Shown here piece by piece: positions 45,478-53,996 of a stretch of 64,000 bases of DNA. The stretch is taken from IMG/VR virus record IMGVR_UViG_3300022666_000353, positions 1 to 64,000 of that record, one strand, 5' to 3'. How positions within the stretch are numbered: position 1 is the first letter of the stretch; each line of letters opens with the position of its first letter. Source of the DNA: a virus. The notes under the pieces are model-generated. The model saw only the letters and a list, made by a program, of their open reading frames with translations. It was not told the origin of the DNA and did not search any database. A program made the translations under genes and the position numbers.

Positions 45478-45740
45478 TGGACCCGGTGGCATCGAAGCCA
45501 CGTCACTCAGCGCCTTTAGTTCTCCTGATGTAGAGTCATTCCCGTTATATCCTGCGGGTCAGGTCTTACCACCCCCACCACCTGGTTACTTACGCGAAGG
45601 CCAGGACTTCGTCAGACACAGGTGCTACGATAACTTTGCACCCAAACAACTGTTCAGCTAAAGAGACTTCGTCTTTATTGGCTTTTGTTTTTTGTGACTC
45701 TCGGATTAGTTTGACACCAAGCTCGAAACCTTGCGGGCCC
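45478..45740 (-). ncRNA. ssrA: tmRNA, compact, tag (A)ANKDEVSLAEQLFGCKVIVAPVSDEVLAFA*
   Basis: 5' GGGCCCG-CAAGGTTTCGA; 3' GAC-GTGGC-TTCGAT-GCCAC-CGGGTCC-A with G3-U70 and A73; tag frame 45682-45590. Confidence 0.88.
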
Positions 45741-45791
45741 TTAGTTGCCGGTCTCTGCCGGCTGTCACGGTGTCTGGTTGGCACATTTCCT

Positions 45792-46235
45792 TGACGCGTT
45801 GTGGCATACGATTAACGCCTTCACTCGACCGCCTCATGCTCTGTGTGTCACCGTTTACACGTTTAGGTTTAACAGTTCCGGCTATGACGGCGTCGCTCTC
45901 GCGCAAAGGCTCTGAGGGCGTTACACGGGCGTCCAGGAATACTCTCGGACAGTCTCACCCTATCCTGTCAAACCCGCAGTTCCTCTCGTTGTGCGGGCAA
46001 ACCCGTGCACTAGCACTGTTGTAAAGTCTCGAACCACACAGTTCTTTGGAACTCCACCTGTTACCAGGTATAGAAGAAGACCGCGTAGTCGTCTAACAGC
46101 AGCGATTGTTTCCCTGTGGTTCTTACCAACTCCTCGCGTGTCCCGCTGTGTTAGGCTTGATTTCAGGTTGCGCCTCCCTACTCTCTTCCACTCGCCACTC
46201 TTTAAAGGATGACGTGCTAAGTCAACCTCCCGTCA
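45792..46235 (-). ncRNA. ~444-nt structured RNA built on a 23S rRNA H43/H44 (uL11-binding)-like core
   Basis: 5' TGACGGGAGGTTGACTTAGCACGTCATCCTTTAAAGAGTGGC pairs with 3' GCCACAACGCGTCA. Confidence 0.7.
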
Positions 46236-46349
46236 GTCTCAGCCGGATGTGACCACCTGGTGTGTTATTACTACAAACACCACCAGGCTCATCCAAATAA
46301 TATACGGTTGTTAATGTGCTATTAAAAACATTTTATATTTCTATGTATA

Positions 46350-46378
46350 ATTATAGCGCGTTAACCACCAGAAGTCAA
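46350..46378 (-). promoter_or_regulatory. sigma70-type promoter at the head of the ncRNA/tRNA operon
   Basis: TTGACT-17-TATAAT. Confidence 0.85.
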
Positions 46379-46383
46379 GCAGT

Positions 46384-46614
46384 TTATTCACTTTCTTTTG
46401 CAATTCTTATAAACTCTTGCTGCGCTACCCTCAACCACAGTCGTTCAAACGCGGCGTTGCCGCTGTGTCCATCCGCCAAAATACCCCAGTCTTTACGAAC
46501 TGCATCCAGGTCACGGATGTTTTTAATCATCCTACGGTACTGAAGCAGGTTCGCAGTTTCCAAACCAATAAGAATTACCAATAATAAACAAACCATAACC
46601 GTAATCATAGCCAT
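46384..46614 (-). CDS. Small membrane-anchored protein
   Basis: N-terminal TM. Confidence 0.65.
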   Translation of the reverse strand: MAMITVMVCLLLVILIGLETANLLQYRRMIKNIRDLDAVRKDWGILADGHSGNAAFERLWLRVAQQEFIRIAKESE

Positions 46615-46638
46615 TTCCTATATGTTATAATTCGGCCT

Positions 46639-47028
46639 ATGAGCGACACACCTCTTATCCATTTCCGTCACCGCGTGGGCGACGGAGTTCACTATATTAC
46701 CGAACACCCCCGCACCTTCAAAAAAGACGGAGAAACCCAGAGGGGAGACACATCCGAGCTTTGTATATTGCTAAACCTTGAAATCGTGTTGTCCTGTTTC
46801 GGACTACCAGGGCTGGACGAGCTGTGGAACTCCGTATACCCAAACGATTTCATGTCTGTGGAAGATGTGTCATATATCATGTCCACTGCCATCGCGTTCT
46901 CGGACGAGTTCAATCCTAGAATACCGGATAATGTGGCTGACGTTCTGCGCGACGTGCAAGCTATGCACTGCGACGAACTGGCAGACGCGGCAGAAGAGTT
47001 ATTAAAATCACAGGGGGCTGTTGTTTAA
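46639..47028 (+). CDS. Hypothetical protein, probably from a leaderless mRNA
   Basis: TGtTATAAT ends 7 nt before ATG; no SD; opposite strand. Confidence 0.7.
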   Translation: MSDTPLIHFRHRVGDGVHYITEHPRTFKKDGETQRGDTSELCILLNLEIVLSCFGLPGLDELWNSVYPNDFMSVEDVSYIMSTAIAFSDEFNPRIPDNVADVLRDVQAMHCDELADAAEELLKSQGAVV

Positions 47029-47328
47029 CGCCGCCAGTTTACGCTCCATCTTTTCGATAAGAGCTTCCACTGGGTCCACACCCTCGGCAATACCCGCTAC
47101 AATCGCCATGAGAATAACATCCCCAAGTTCTTCGGCGTAGTGCGTTGTATCCCATGTTGGTTTGTTCTGCGGGTTGTTGCGCACCCAGCCACCTTTTCTT
47201 TGAAGCAAAAGTTCCCACACCTCGGCCTGCTCCGTTGTGAGAAACCCGAGGGCCTCCATAGCTTCTGGGTACTTCAATCCCCTGCGGTCATAATAGTGCT
47301 TAACCATCTCCGTTAATTTGTTATCCAC
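47008..47328 (-). CDS. MazG-like NTP pyrophosphohydrolase
   Basis: TEQAEVWE...EELGDV. Confidence 0.8.
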   Translation of the reverse strand: MDNKLTEMVKHYYDRRGLKYPEAMEALGFLTTEQAEVWELLLQRKGGWVRNNPQNKPTWDTTHYAEELGDVILMAIVAGIAEGVDPVEALIEKMERKLAALNNSPL

Positions 47329-48079
47329 CGTTCTGCTCCTTTTTAAACGCGTCTATCCACGTCCACCCAGTACGTGGTGTTACTCTATATATCTCTGCTA
47401 CAGTGTCCGCTGAAAAAGACAGACCCCGCGACTGTAACTCTTGCTGCAAGCGACCCGACCGTGCGTCGTCAAAGAACTTAGCGCGGCGGTATTTCAGGCG
47501 TTCTAATTTCTCTTCCCTGGTTGGCACACTAGACGTCTGGTTCTGTCCACGTGTGGACTGCCCGCGCTGCTCCCTACGCGCCGCCTTGGCCATCTCTAAC
47601 CCATCCAGCAACTCATTGTGCTGTGTACGGATAGCCAGTAGTATAGCTGCCGGAACGGTTAACAAGGTCAACATTGCGCGGGCTGCAATCAAACTGGTGT
47701 CTTTGTCTACGGTCCACGACGGCACACTAGCAGCATCCAGCAACACATTCATAGACAGGATTACAGCCAGGTAAAATAGGAACGTTCCGATGGCAATTCC
47801 TACCGGAGCTTTTAGCTTGTCGTCGCGGTACTTCCTGTTGTGACTCCAGAACGATATGATAGTAGACACAGACGCCATACCCATGACCTCGACCACAAAC
47901 GCAATAGCCCCCGCAATTATTTTGTCAAACGCTAAACTGTTGACCATGTGCGCCCACGACATCGCCGCTGGTGCAAGTGGTGCCAGCCAGGGAGCAACGG
48001 CGGTCAGTGCGTTAACAATAGAGCCTTCCGTGTCACGAATAAAATTGTTAATTTTGTCAAAAAAGTTTTCTTCTTTCAC
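47321..48079 (-). CDS. 4-TM membrane protein with C-terminal HTH
   Basis: TM helices; ADTVAEIYRVTPRTGWTW. Confidence 0.75.
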   Translation of the reverse strand: MKEENFFDKINNFIRDTEGSIVNALTAVAPWLAPLAPAAMSWAHMVNSLAFDKIIAGAIAFVVEVMGMASVSTIISFWSHNRKYRDDKLKAPVGIAIGTFLFYLAVILSMNVLLDAASVPSWTVDKDTSLIAARAMLTLLTVPAAILLAIRTQHNELLDGLEMAKAARREQRGQSTRGQNQTSSVPTREEKLERLKYRRAKFFDDARSGRLQQELQSRGLSFSADTVAEIYRVTPRTGWTWIDAFKKEQNGG

Positions 48080-48125
48080 CGGTAAACCCTCCTGTTAAGG
48101 GTAATGAGGCTGTCTTTCAACAGCC

Positions 48126-48383
48126 TCATTCGAACGATATTTCAACTTCGTTTTTAATTCGGTCTTCCGGTATTACCCGGAGGACCCCTGGATATTTGTA
48201 CGGAATGACCGCACCCCCATGACCCGCCAGTCCGCGCACCTGTCCTGGTTTTAATTCCTCCAGGTAGTGGTGCGTGCCATCCCGTCGTACTCTAAAGTAA
48301 AACCACTCCTGTTCCCCGTGTTTACGTACTGCGACTAATTCACCATCTAAACCGGGTTCACCCTCCCACAGTGAAGCTAACAT
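48126..48383 (-). CDS. Hypothetical protein
   Basis: SD AGGAG. Confidence 0.7.
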   Translation of the reverse strand: MLASLWEGEPGLDGELVAVRKHGEQEWFYFRVRRDGTHHYLEELKPGQVRGLAGHGGAVIPYKYPGVLRVIPEDRIKNEVEISFE

Positions 48384-48385
48384 GC

Positions 48386-49036
48386 CTATCTCCTAAAACT
48401 GTGGAAGTCTTCTTCTACACGCGCCTTTTGTTGTGTCTGCTGTTGCTTAGGGCGGTTTCCCTGTAGCGTTGGATACGACGGTTGTTCTGTTCTTCGCCCG
48501 TGGCCCTGTTCTTGTTTACCACCGCGGTGCGAAGACTGCTGCTGGGGGTACCCGTTGAACTGTTCCTGCCGGTTATTCTGCTGTTGCGGCTGGTTATTAC
48601 GAGCAGTGCCGAAAATATTTGAAAGGAAGTCTCCGCCCCCGGTCATACCCACCAAGCCCCAAACAAGAAGAGGTTCTGGAACCACTTCCAGGAAAATACC
48701 CAACACAGCGGGAAAAGCAACGGAGAACGGGTTTTCACCAACGGTTGCCCAGCTATATCCCTGGGCGTTAAGAATGCCGGAGACGTTCGTAAATATACCG
48801 TACCCGTAGCACATTAACCCTGCGACAGCCAACGTCAAGTTGTCACCCATACCCTGCTTGTTCCAAATTAATTGCACCACCGTGACCCCGACGGCTAAAA
48901 CAATACCCACCCAGGCCATGTTCGGCACGTTGATGTTGAAGCCGTCGTATGAGAAGTTCATACTAACCACCCAAAACACGACAGCCATAATAGTGCCCAA
49001 AACACGAAGCATTTTGTTATACACTTCGAGCGTCAT
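48386..49036 (-). CDS. 4-TM membrane protein with Gln-rich tail
   Basis: TM helices; QPQQQNNRQ tail. Confidence 0.8.
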   Translation of the reverse strand: MTLEVYNKMLRVLGTIMAVVFWVVSMNFSYDGFNINVPNMAWVGIVLAVGVTVVQLIWNKQGMGDNLTLAVAGLMCYGYGIFTNVSGILNAQGYSWATVGENPFSVAFPAVLGIFLEVVPEPLLVWGLVGMTGGGDFLSNIFGTARNNQPQQQNNRQEQFNGYPQQQSSHRGGKQEQGHGRRTEQPSYPTLQGNRPKQQQTQQKARVEEDFHSFRR

Positions 49037-49078
49037 AACACACCTCCAAAACAAACCCCCCGAATATTCTGCTATATT

Positions 49079-49108
49079 ATTATAGCATAGTATCCAGGGG
49101 CAAGTCAA
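49079..49108 (-). promoter_or_regulatory. sigma70-type promoter
   Basis: TTGACT-18-(TGc)TATAAT. Confidence 0.75.
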
Positions 49109-49132
49109 TACCTAGTTTATTTTTATAGCGTA

Positions 49133-50815
49133 CTAACCAATCTCACACAACGAAAAGTCACAGTTCTCACAGTGTGTGCAGCCGCCCTCCTTCACCAGGT
49201 TACCATCACAAACAGGGCACTTGTCCTTCTTTATATTTTTCGGTTGCAGAACCTCGACCTGCCGCGAACCGTTGCGATATACAGTCAGGCCCTTAATGTA
49301 CGGCGTCTTCCACGCTTCCATAAACATCTTAGCCACAGTCTCACGGCGAGTGCCGTTCGCGCAGTTAATAGTCTTTGACACGCCGCTGTCCACAAACCTC
49401 TGAGCAGCGTTCTGTACCGCGATGTGTTCCTCCCAGGTGACCTCCTTTGCGCCGTTAGCAGACACAGCGCAGCGGAAGTGTTCCTGCTCAAACATGGGGT
49501 GGTGGATATTATACGTTCCTGTGTTATCTGTGCGCACCATCAGCTCCGAAAAAATAGGTTCGATGCCACTTGAGCACCCAGCCAGTAACGAGATGGTGCC
49601 TGTCGGCGCGATGGATAATAAAGTCACGTTGCGACGCTTTACGGGCAAAACCTGGCAGGCTTCTGGAACGCCCAACTCCTTGCCGAGTTTTACAGACTCA
49701 TCTTCAGCAACCGTGTAAATGAACCCCATGATACTTTCCAACTCGACCAAGGATTTCTGAGAACCGTAGGCAATCCCACGTTTAAGCAAATAATCCGCGT
49801 ACCCCATAATGCCTGTTCCCACGGGTCGGTTGGCAGCAGCCCAATCTGTGATTTCCTTTGTGGGGAATGTGTTAACGGTGATGACTTTGTCCAAAAAACG
49901 AACAGACAGTCGCACCGCCTTTTCCATAAGTTCCCAATCCATACGGTTGTCCGGCGTAATAAACTTCGACACGTCCAATGAACCTAAGTTGCACACACCA
50001 TAAGGAGGAAGTCCCTGCTCACCGCACGGGTTGGTGGCATAAATGGTCTGCCCAGAATACTTATACGGGCTGTTATTCGTCTTTTCGAAGAACAACATGC
50101 CGGGCTCCCCATTTCGCCAGGCTCCCTCAACAATGGTATTGAACACATCCCGAGCGCGAAGCTCCTCATATTTAACGCCGTTAAACTCAGTCCAGTACGT
50201 GCCGTCGTTCTCGACTGCCTGCATGAACGCGTTGTCCACCATGACGGAGATGTTCGTGGTGGTCATCACGCCTTCTTTTTCCTTGGCATTGATGAACTTC
50301 ATAATGTCTGGATGGTATACCGTCATTACACCCATCATAGCCATCGGTCGGAAACCACTTTGTGTCAAAGCGGACATGTCTCCGCAGACGGTGTCATAGA
50401 ATTTAATCGGACCCCCAGCGTATCCGTGTGCAGAACCAGCCACAGGGCTGCCCTCGGGACGAATAAACGATAACGTAGTTCCACACCCGCCGCCTTTACG
50501 GGCAATTAAAGCGTAGTCGAGTTTGGTCTTATAAATATCTTCAATGGTGTCCTCGAACGGCAGTACAAAACACGCAGATAGACCACCATTCGGTTTACCA
50601 GCGTTAACGAGTGTCGGGGAGTTGGGGATGAAGTAAGCGTTTTCCAACATCGCCAGGGTCTCGTCATAATCCGGGTCGTCCCTTCCTAATACGTAGTCAA
50701 CCACGCGGACGGCCACATCATGCCAGGTAGTTTCTCCTGGATGAAAATAACGCTTCTCCAAAATATTCTGACCAACGGGGTCAATATCACGAACGTGTAT
50801 AAATTGTTTACTCAT
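49133..50815 (-). CDS. nrdJ: Ribonucleotide reductase, probably class II (B12-dependent)
   Basis: PNSPTLVNAG, LSACFV, TNPCGEQ, CNLGS, APTGTIS, C-terminal Zn ribbon; no nrdB in the window. Confidence 0.9.
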   Translation of the reverse strand: MSKQFIHVRDIDPVGQNILEKRYFHPGETTWHDVAVRVVDYVLGRDDPDYDETLAMLENAYFIPNSPTLVNAGKPNGGLSACFVLPFEDTIEDIYKTKLDYALIARKGGGCGTTLSFIRPEGSPVAGSAHGYAGGPIKFYDTVCGDMSALTQSGFRPMAMMGVMTVYHPDIMKFINAKEKEGVMTTTNISVMVDNAFMQAVENDGTYWTEFNGVKYEELRARDVFNTIVEGAWRNGEPGMLFFEKTNNSPYKYSGQTIYATNPCGEQGLPPYGVCNLGSLDVSKFITPDNRMDWELMEKAVRLSVRFLDKVITVNTFPTKEITDWAAANRPVGTGIMGYADYLLKRGIAYGSQKSLVELESIMGFIYTVAEDESVKLGKELGVPEACQVLPVKRRNVTLLSIAPTGTISLLAGCSSGIEPIFSELMVRTDNTGTYNIHHPMFEQEHFRCAVSANGAKEVTWEEHIAVQNAAQRFVDSGVSKTINCANGTRRETVAKMFMEAWKTPYIKGLTVYRNGSRQVEVLQPKNIKKDKCPVCDGNLVKEGGCTHCENCDFSLCEIG

Positions 50816-50892
50816 CCTTGCCTCCTAGAGAGAAAAATGTGCGGGTCGTATGATGACCCGCACGGGAATATAAAGTTGTTTCGTATGTGTTG

Positions 50893-51204
50893 TTAGTTGG
50901 GTTTTTCAACCTGCCAGAAAATGAGGGGCAGCGCGATTTGTGCTCCGAAGCCACGGTCGATTTCTATACCGCTTGTCATAACCTTCTGAATAGAGGCGCG
51001 ATACACATCACCCGTGTCTTTGTCACGGACCTCAATCATCTCCGCTCCCAGTTCCTGAGCTTGTTCCAATACCAGCGCATCCGTAGCGATAGCCAGGGGT
51101 TTGCGCAAAAAATGCCGCTTACCCGACAAGGTCTTACGAAACACAATACCGTCTACCGCTCCAACAATGTGACCGTCTGACGAAAACATAGGTGTAGATG
51201 CCAC
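50893..51204 (-). CDS. Hypothetical phage protein
   Basis: SD GGAGGAG; HFLRKP..IA.D...RGFGAQIAL. Confidence 0.75.
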   Translation of the reverse strand: MASTPMFSSDGHIVGAVDGIVFRKTLSGKRHFLRKPLAIATDALVLEQAQELGAEMIEVRDKDTGDVYRASIQKVMTSGIEIDRGFGAQIALPLIFWQVEKPN

Positions 51205-51205
51205 G

Positions 51206-51544
51206 TCACTCCTCCTCTTTAGTCTCGTTGATAAAGTAACGGGAAAACTCTCGAAGACTCATCACAACCAGGCTGTCCTCATACCTCGCACCCTCTGGAT
51301 GAATAACCGCAACTGGAATATCACCCGGCTGGTCCCTGTTATTTTCCGCCTGCGCTACAGCGCCTGTCATTAATCCCCAGGTCGGCCTGCGAGAATGCTT
51401 GACTTCTATACTCCAACCTGACGTAAGAATATCGTTCTTCCCCCCGTTCTTATCCCCATAGTCAGCACCACGCCGTTTTGCCCCAGGCCAGAACCGTGCA
51501 ATCTCTGCTTCAACATGCTTCCAGGTCTTCGGTGGTTTCGTCAT
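51206..51544 (-). CDS. Holliday-junction resolvase-like PD-(D/E)xK nuclease
   Basis: WKHVEAEIA...DIL...IEVK. Confidence 0.7.
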   Translation of the reverse strand: MTKPPKTWKHVEAEIARFWPGAKRRGADYGDKNGGKNDILTSGWSIEVKHSRRPTWGLMTGAVAQAENNRDQPGDIPVAVIHPEGARYEDSLVVMSLREFSRYFINETKEEE

Positions 51545-51584
51545 AATAACCTCTTCAAACGCGTACCAATAAAAAACACTAACA

Positions 51585-51809
51585 CTAATTTAGTGCAATC
51601 TCAGCTTCGTCACAGAACGCATCCACCGAACTGGAAGTCAAAACGAGAAAATAGTTTTCACGTGCAAAACGAATAGCGGCCATCCAGTCTTTAACCACGT
51701 CTCCTGAATACCACACACGGGGTTGTGGTTCATCTTTCGAACTCACAACGACGCCGCGATACGTTTCAGGTTTACCTTCGTCGTAGTCAATACGAATAAT
51801 ACAAATCAT
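51585..51809 (-). CDS. Hypothetical protein
   Basis: ATGA coupling. Confidence 0.6.
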   Translation of the reverse strand: MICIIRIDYDEGKPETYRGVVVSSKDEPQPRVWYSGDVVKDWMAAIRFARENYFLVLTSSSVDAFCDEAEIALN

Positions 51810-52036
51810 TCCATGTTCTCCAGTTCTGGTAACCATTCTGTTGGGCAGCCCCAACCAAACCGGTCAAGGTTTTCATCCACAGTGTCAACTATCACGCGAA
51901 AGTCGTCTGCATCAGACAGCAGTAAAGGAATACAGTCCTCCAACCGCAGTGAGTGGGATTCCATAACCAATTCTCCATCTATATAAAGACCCTGCCAGTC
52001 CCCACTCTGTGCTTTCAATATGCGGATTGATTTCAT
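51806..52036 (-). CDS. Hypothetical phage protein
   Basis: GDWQGLYIDGELV.E.H motif. Confidence 0.7.
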   Translation of the reverse strand: MKSIRILKAQSGDWQGLYIDGELVMESHSLRLEDCIPLLLSDADDFRVIVDTVDENLDRFGWGCPTEWLPELENME

Positions 52037-52392
52037 TGTCCAAACCTCCTGTTGATAGGTGTTTCATTTGCCTGCTTACGTACGCGCTCGATGTAATCCA
52101 ACTCTGGGCTCCCCCCAGTAATGATTGGCGGCGGGTGGCATTCTCGGCAAACGCAGAGAAGGTTAGTGTAGTGTTCTCGTGGGTCGCCCGCTGTGTCCCC
52201 CCGCCCAAATGTGTGGTGGACATCAGAACGTGGAGTTCTTTTTCCATGTAGGAAGAAACAAAAGACGCATAGGCTTCCATCACGCTCGATTGCAAGAGCC
52301 GATTGAACCCGCCTGTATTCCTGTAGGTCTTTTTTCCTCTGTTCTTCTTCACGGCGTTTATCCTTCTTCTGTGTTTTTGGCGCTGCTGGCAT
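52033..52392 (-). CDS. Small HNH nuclease
   Basis: RDGSLCVFC...DVHH...R...NLLCVCRECH. Confidence 0.75.
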   Translation of the reverse strand: MPAAPKTQKKDKRREEEQRKKDLQEYRRVQSALAIERDGSLCVFCFFLHGKRTPRSDVHHTFGRGDTAGDPREHYTNLLCVCRECHPPPIITGGSPELDYIERVRKQANETPINRRFGQ

Positions 52393-52606
52393 GTTTATCC
52401 TTCACCATCCACAAAAAACGTCGGCCTTCTTTTTGTGTGTACACAGGCCACCCATTCAGGTTCATCTCACGAATAACATAGGAGACCTGGCTCGTTGTCG
52501 AGTTGGACACAGCGGCTACATCGGCAGTTGTGAACCACACATTCAGGTGCGCTCTAATCCAGCGTTCAATACGAAACCGTGCTGTTCTTCCTGTTGCTAC
52601 TGGCAT
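52358..52606 (-). CDS. Winged-HTH protein
   Basis: TTADVAAVSNSTTSQVSYVIREMNLNGWPV. Confidence 0.6.
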   Translation of the reverse strand: MPVATGRTARFRIERWIRAHLNVWFTTADVAAVSNSTTSQVSYVIREMNLNGWPVYTQKEGRRFLWMVKDKHASSAKNTEEG

Positions 52607-52609
52607 GGG

Positions 52610-52999
52610 TTATTTATCCTTACATGCTGGGCACAGAATACGGATACCTGGTTCGACCACCCAGCCGTACTCTTGGAACAGCTTGACCACGACATCATCT
52701 GGCAGGTCGGTCCGTGACACGTCATAATCGAACTTTATTCCAATAGACAGGTCGCACGACACACAATCAACGAAGATGTGTGCCCAGTGAATGGACCAGC
52801 GCATGGCGTAGGACGCCTGAAAAGCAACCCGCCTGTGCCCCTGCTTCAGGTAAAACGTACGACCGTCTTCTGTCTGGAGTTTAATAGGGTCTGCCATATT
52901 TACCTCGGCGTCCAATCTAGTTCGCTTCTCGGACCACCACAGCCTGCACAATGACCCCGCTGGTCGTTCTTGGTCCACCCAATACCCAGGCGTCTCCAC
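52610..52999 (-). CDS. Zn-finger hypothetical protein
   Basis: CVSC...GW...LCPAC. Confidence 0.65.
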   Translation of the reverse strand: METPGYWVDQERPAGSLCRLWWSEKRTRLDAEVNMADPIKLQTEDGRTFYLKQGHRRVAFQASYAMRWSIHWAHIFVDCVSCDLSIGIKFDYDVSRTDLPDDVVVKLFQEYGWVVEPGIRILCPACKDK

Positions 53000-53036
53000 A
53001 AATCATTTGGTTGGATAAGGTCAGACAGTTTACTCA

Positions 53037-53996
53037 TTACTTCTCCACAGGCAGCCACGGTACGTCACCAGGATTAAGGTGCAGAGATAAAGCAAACATC
53101 AGGCGGGTGAACGCGTGCGCCAGGTGGTCGTCTGATTTGTCTTGCGCCAGGTATCCGTAGATGTGAGAGAGTGCGTGATTTAAATGGTCGTTGATTGAGA
53201 TGCGTCTCCAGTTGTTAGGCGCATAACGACGTGCCCCGTAGTCTAACACGTTCGCTAGTGCGAACATGGTCACAGGGTCAATCAGGTCAAACCGGTAGTC
53301 CAGCTTTGACTGCATACCACCGCTGGCGCTGACCGCAATGGGCGCATCTTTTCCGATGCCCGAAATTTTATACGCCGTGACATCTGGGTAGGCACCAACC
53401 TTGCCTTCCTCCAACAAACTACGCATCTGGTCCAAGTTATTTGCGATGGTGAACACAGCGGCGATGTTTTCAATGAACTCCACTACCTCGTCCCAAGTGT
53501 CCGCCCGAAACGCGTCAACGGTTGAGCCCTGATTATGGGTTCGGGTAAACAGCACCCGCTTTCCTGGGTGGTTGCGTAAGTTCTCCGGGTTGTCGTCAAT
53601 AATTACGTCCGCAGGAATAAGGTCCTTGCGGTGGGTCACCACGTACTGGGCTCTGTCCGGGTTGCCGTTATTCGCTGGAATAAACCCATACTCCACCAAC
53701 CAACTAAATTTGTTAGGATGGTCGCGCACGGTCACAAACAAGAGCTCGTGGCCTGCCTCCCGTAGAGCGTCTACCCCATCTTTGGCGGTGTATACCGGTG
53801 GTACAAAGCGGTACAAATTAAGGTCTTCCAGGTAGTCATAAATTTTGGACCCGCACTCCGGCTTCACAAACTTCGTCAGGTCCCACTCTGTAATATCAAA
53901 CGGCTCTACGGTGTCATCGTAGTCGCGGTTGTACAAATCCAACCAGGTCGGAAGCAGGTCGGCCACCACGTCGTCCACGTCAACTAGGATTTTCAT
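53037..53996 (-). CDS. Fusion: HAD 5'(3')-deoxyribonucleotidase plus DUF5664-like dATP/dGTP diphosphohydrolase
   Basis: DVDDVVAD, TVR, IIDD (HAD); GARRYAPNNWR...HLNHALSH...DHLAHA..RL (DUF5664-like). Confidence 0.85.
   Translation of the reverse strand: MKILVDVDDVVADLLPTWLDLYNRDYDDTVEPFDITEWDLTKFVKPECGSKIYDYLEDLNLYRFVPPVYTAKDGVDALREAGHELLFVTVRDHPNKFSWLVEYGFIPANNGNPDRAQYVVTHRKDLIPADVIIDDNPENLRNHPGKRVLFTRTHNQGSTVDAFRADTWDEVVEFIENIAAVFTIANNLDQMRSLLEEGKVGAYPDVTAYKISGIGKDAPIAVSASGGMQSKLDYRFDLIDPVTMFALANVLDYGARRYAPNNWRRISINDHLNHALSHIYGYLAQDKSDDHLAHAFTRLMFALSLHLNPGDVPWLPVEK

Noticed and set aside
45590-45784. 64-aa ORF as an independent protein gene
   Set aside because: It overlaps the tmRNA 5' end; its 3' half is the tmRNA tag frame
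42831-46212. Short ORFs over the RNA cluster (e.g. 42831-43376, 43249-43482, 45032-45259, 45046-45354, 45706-45906)
   Set aside because: They overlap tRNAs or structured RNAs and have non-protein-like composition
46194-46235. 23S rRNA gene or rRNA contamination
   Set aside because: Only about 40 nt resemble rRNA, the flanks do not, and the partner strand lies about 390 nt away; treated as a mimic domain
53037-53400. Z-genome (2-aminoadenine) pathway
   Set aside because: A DUF5664-like domain alone is insufficient; no purZ or datZ in the window
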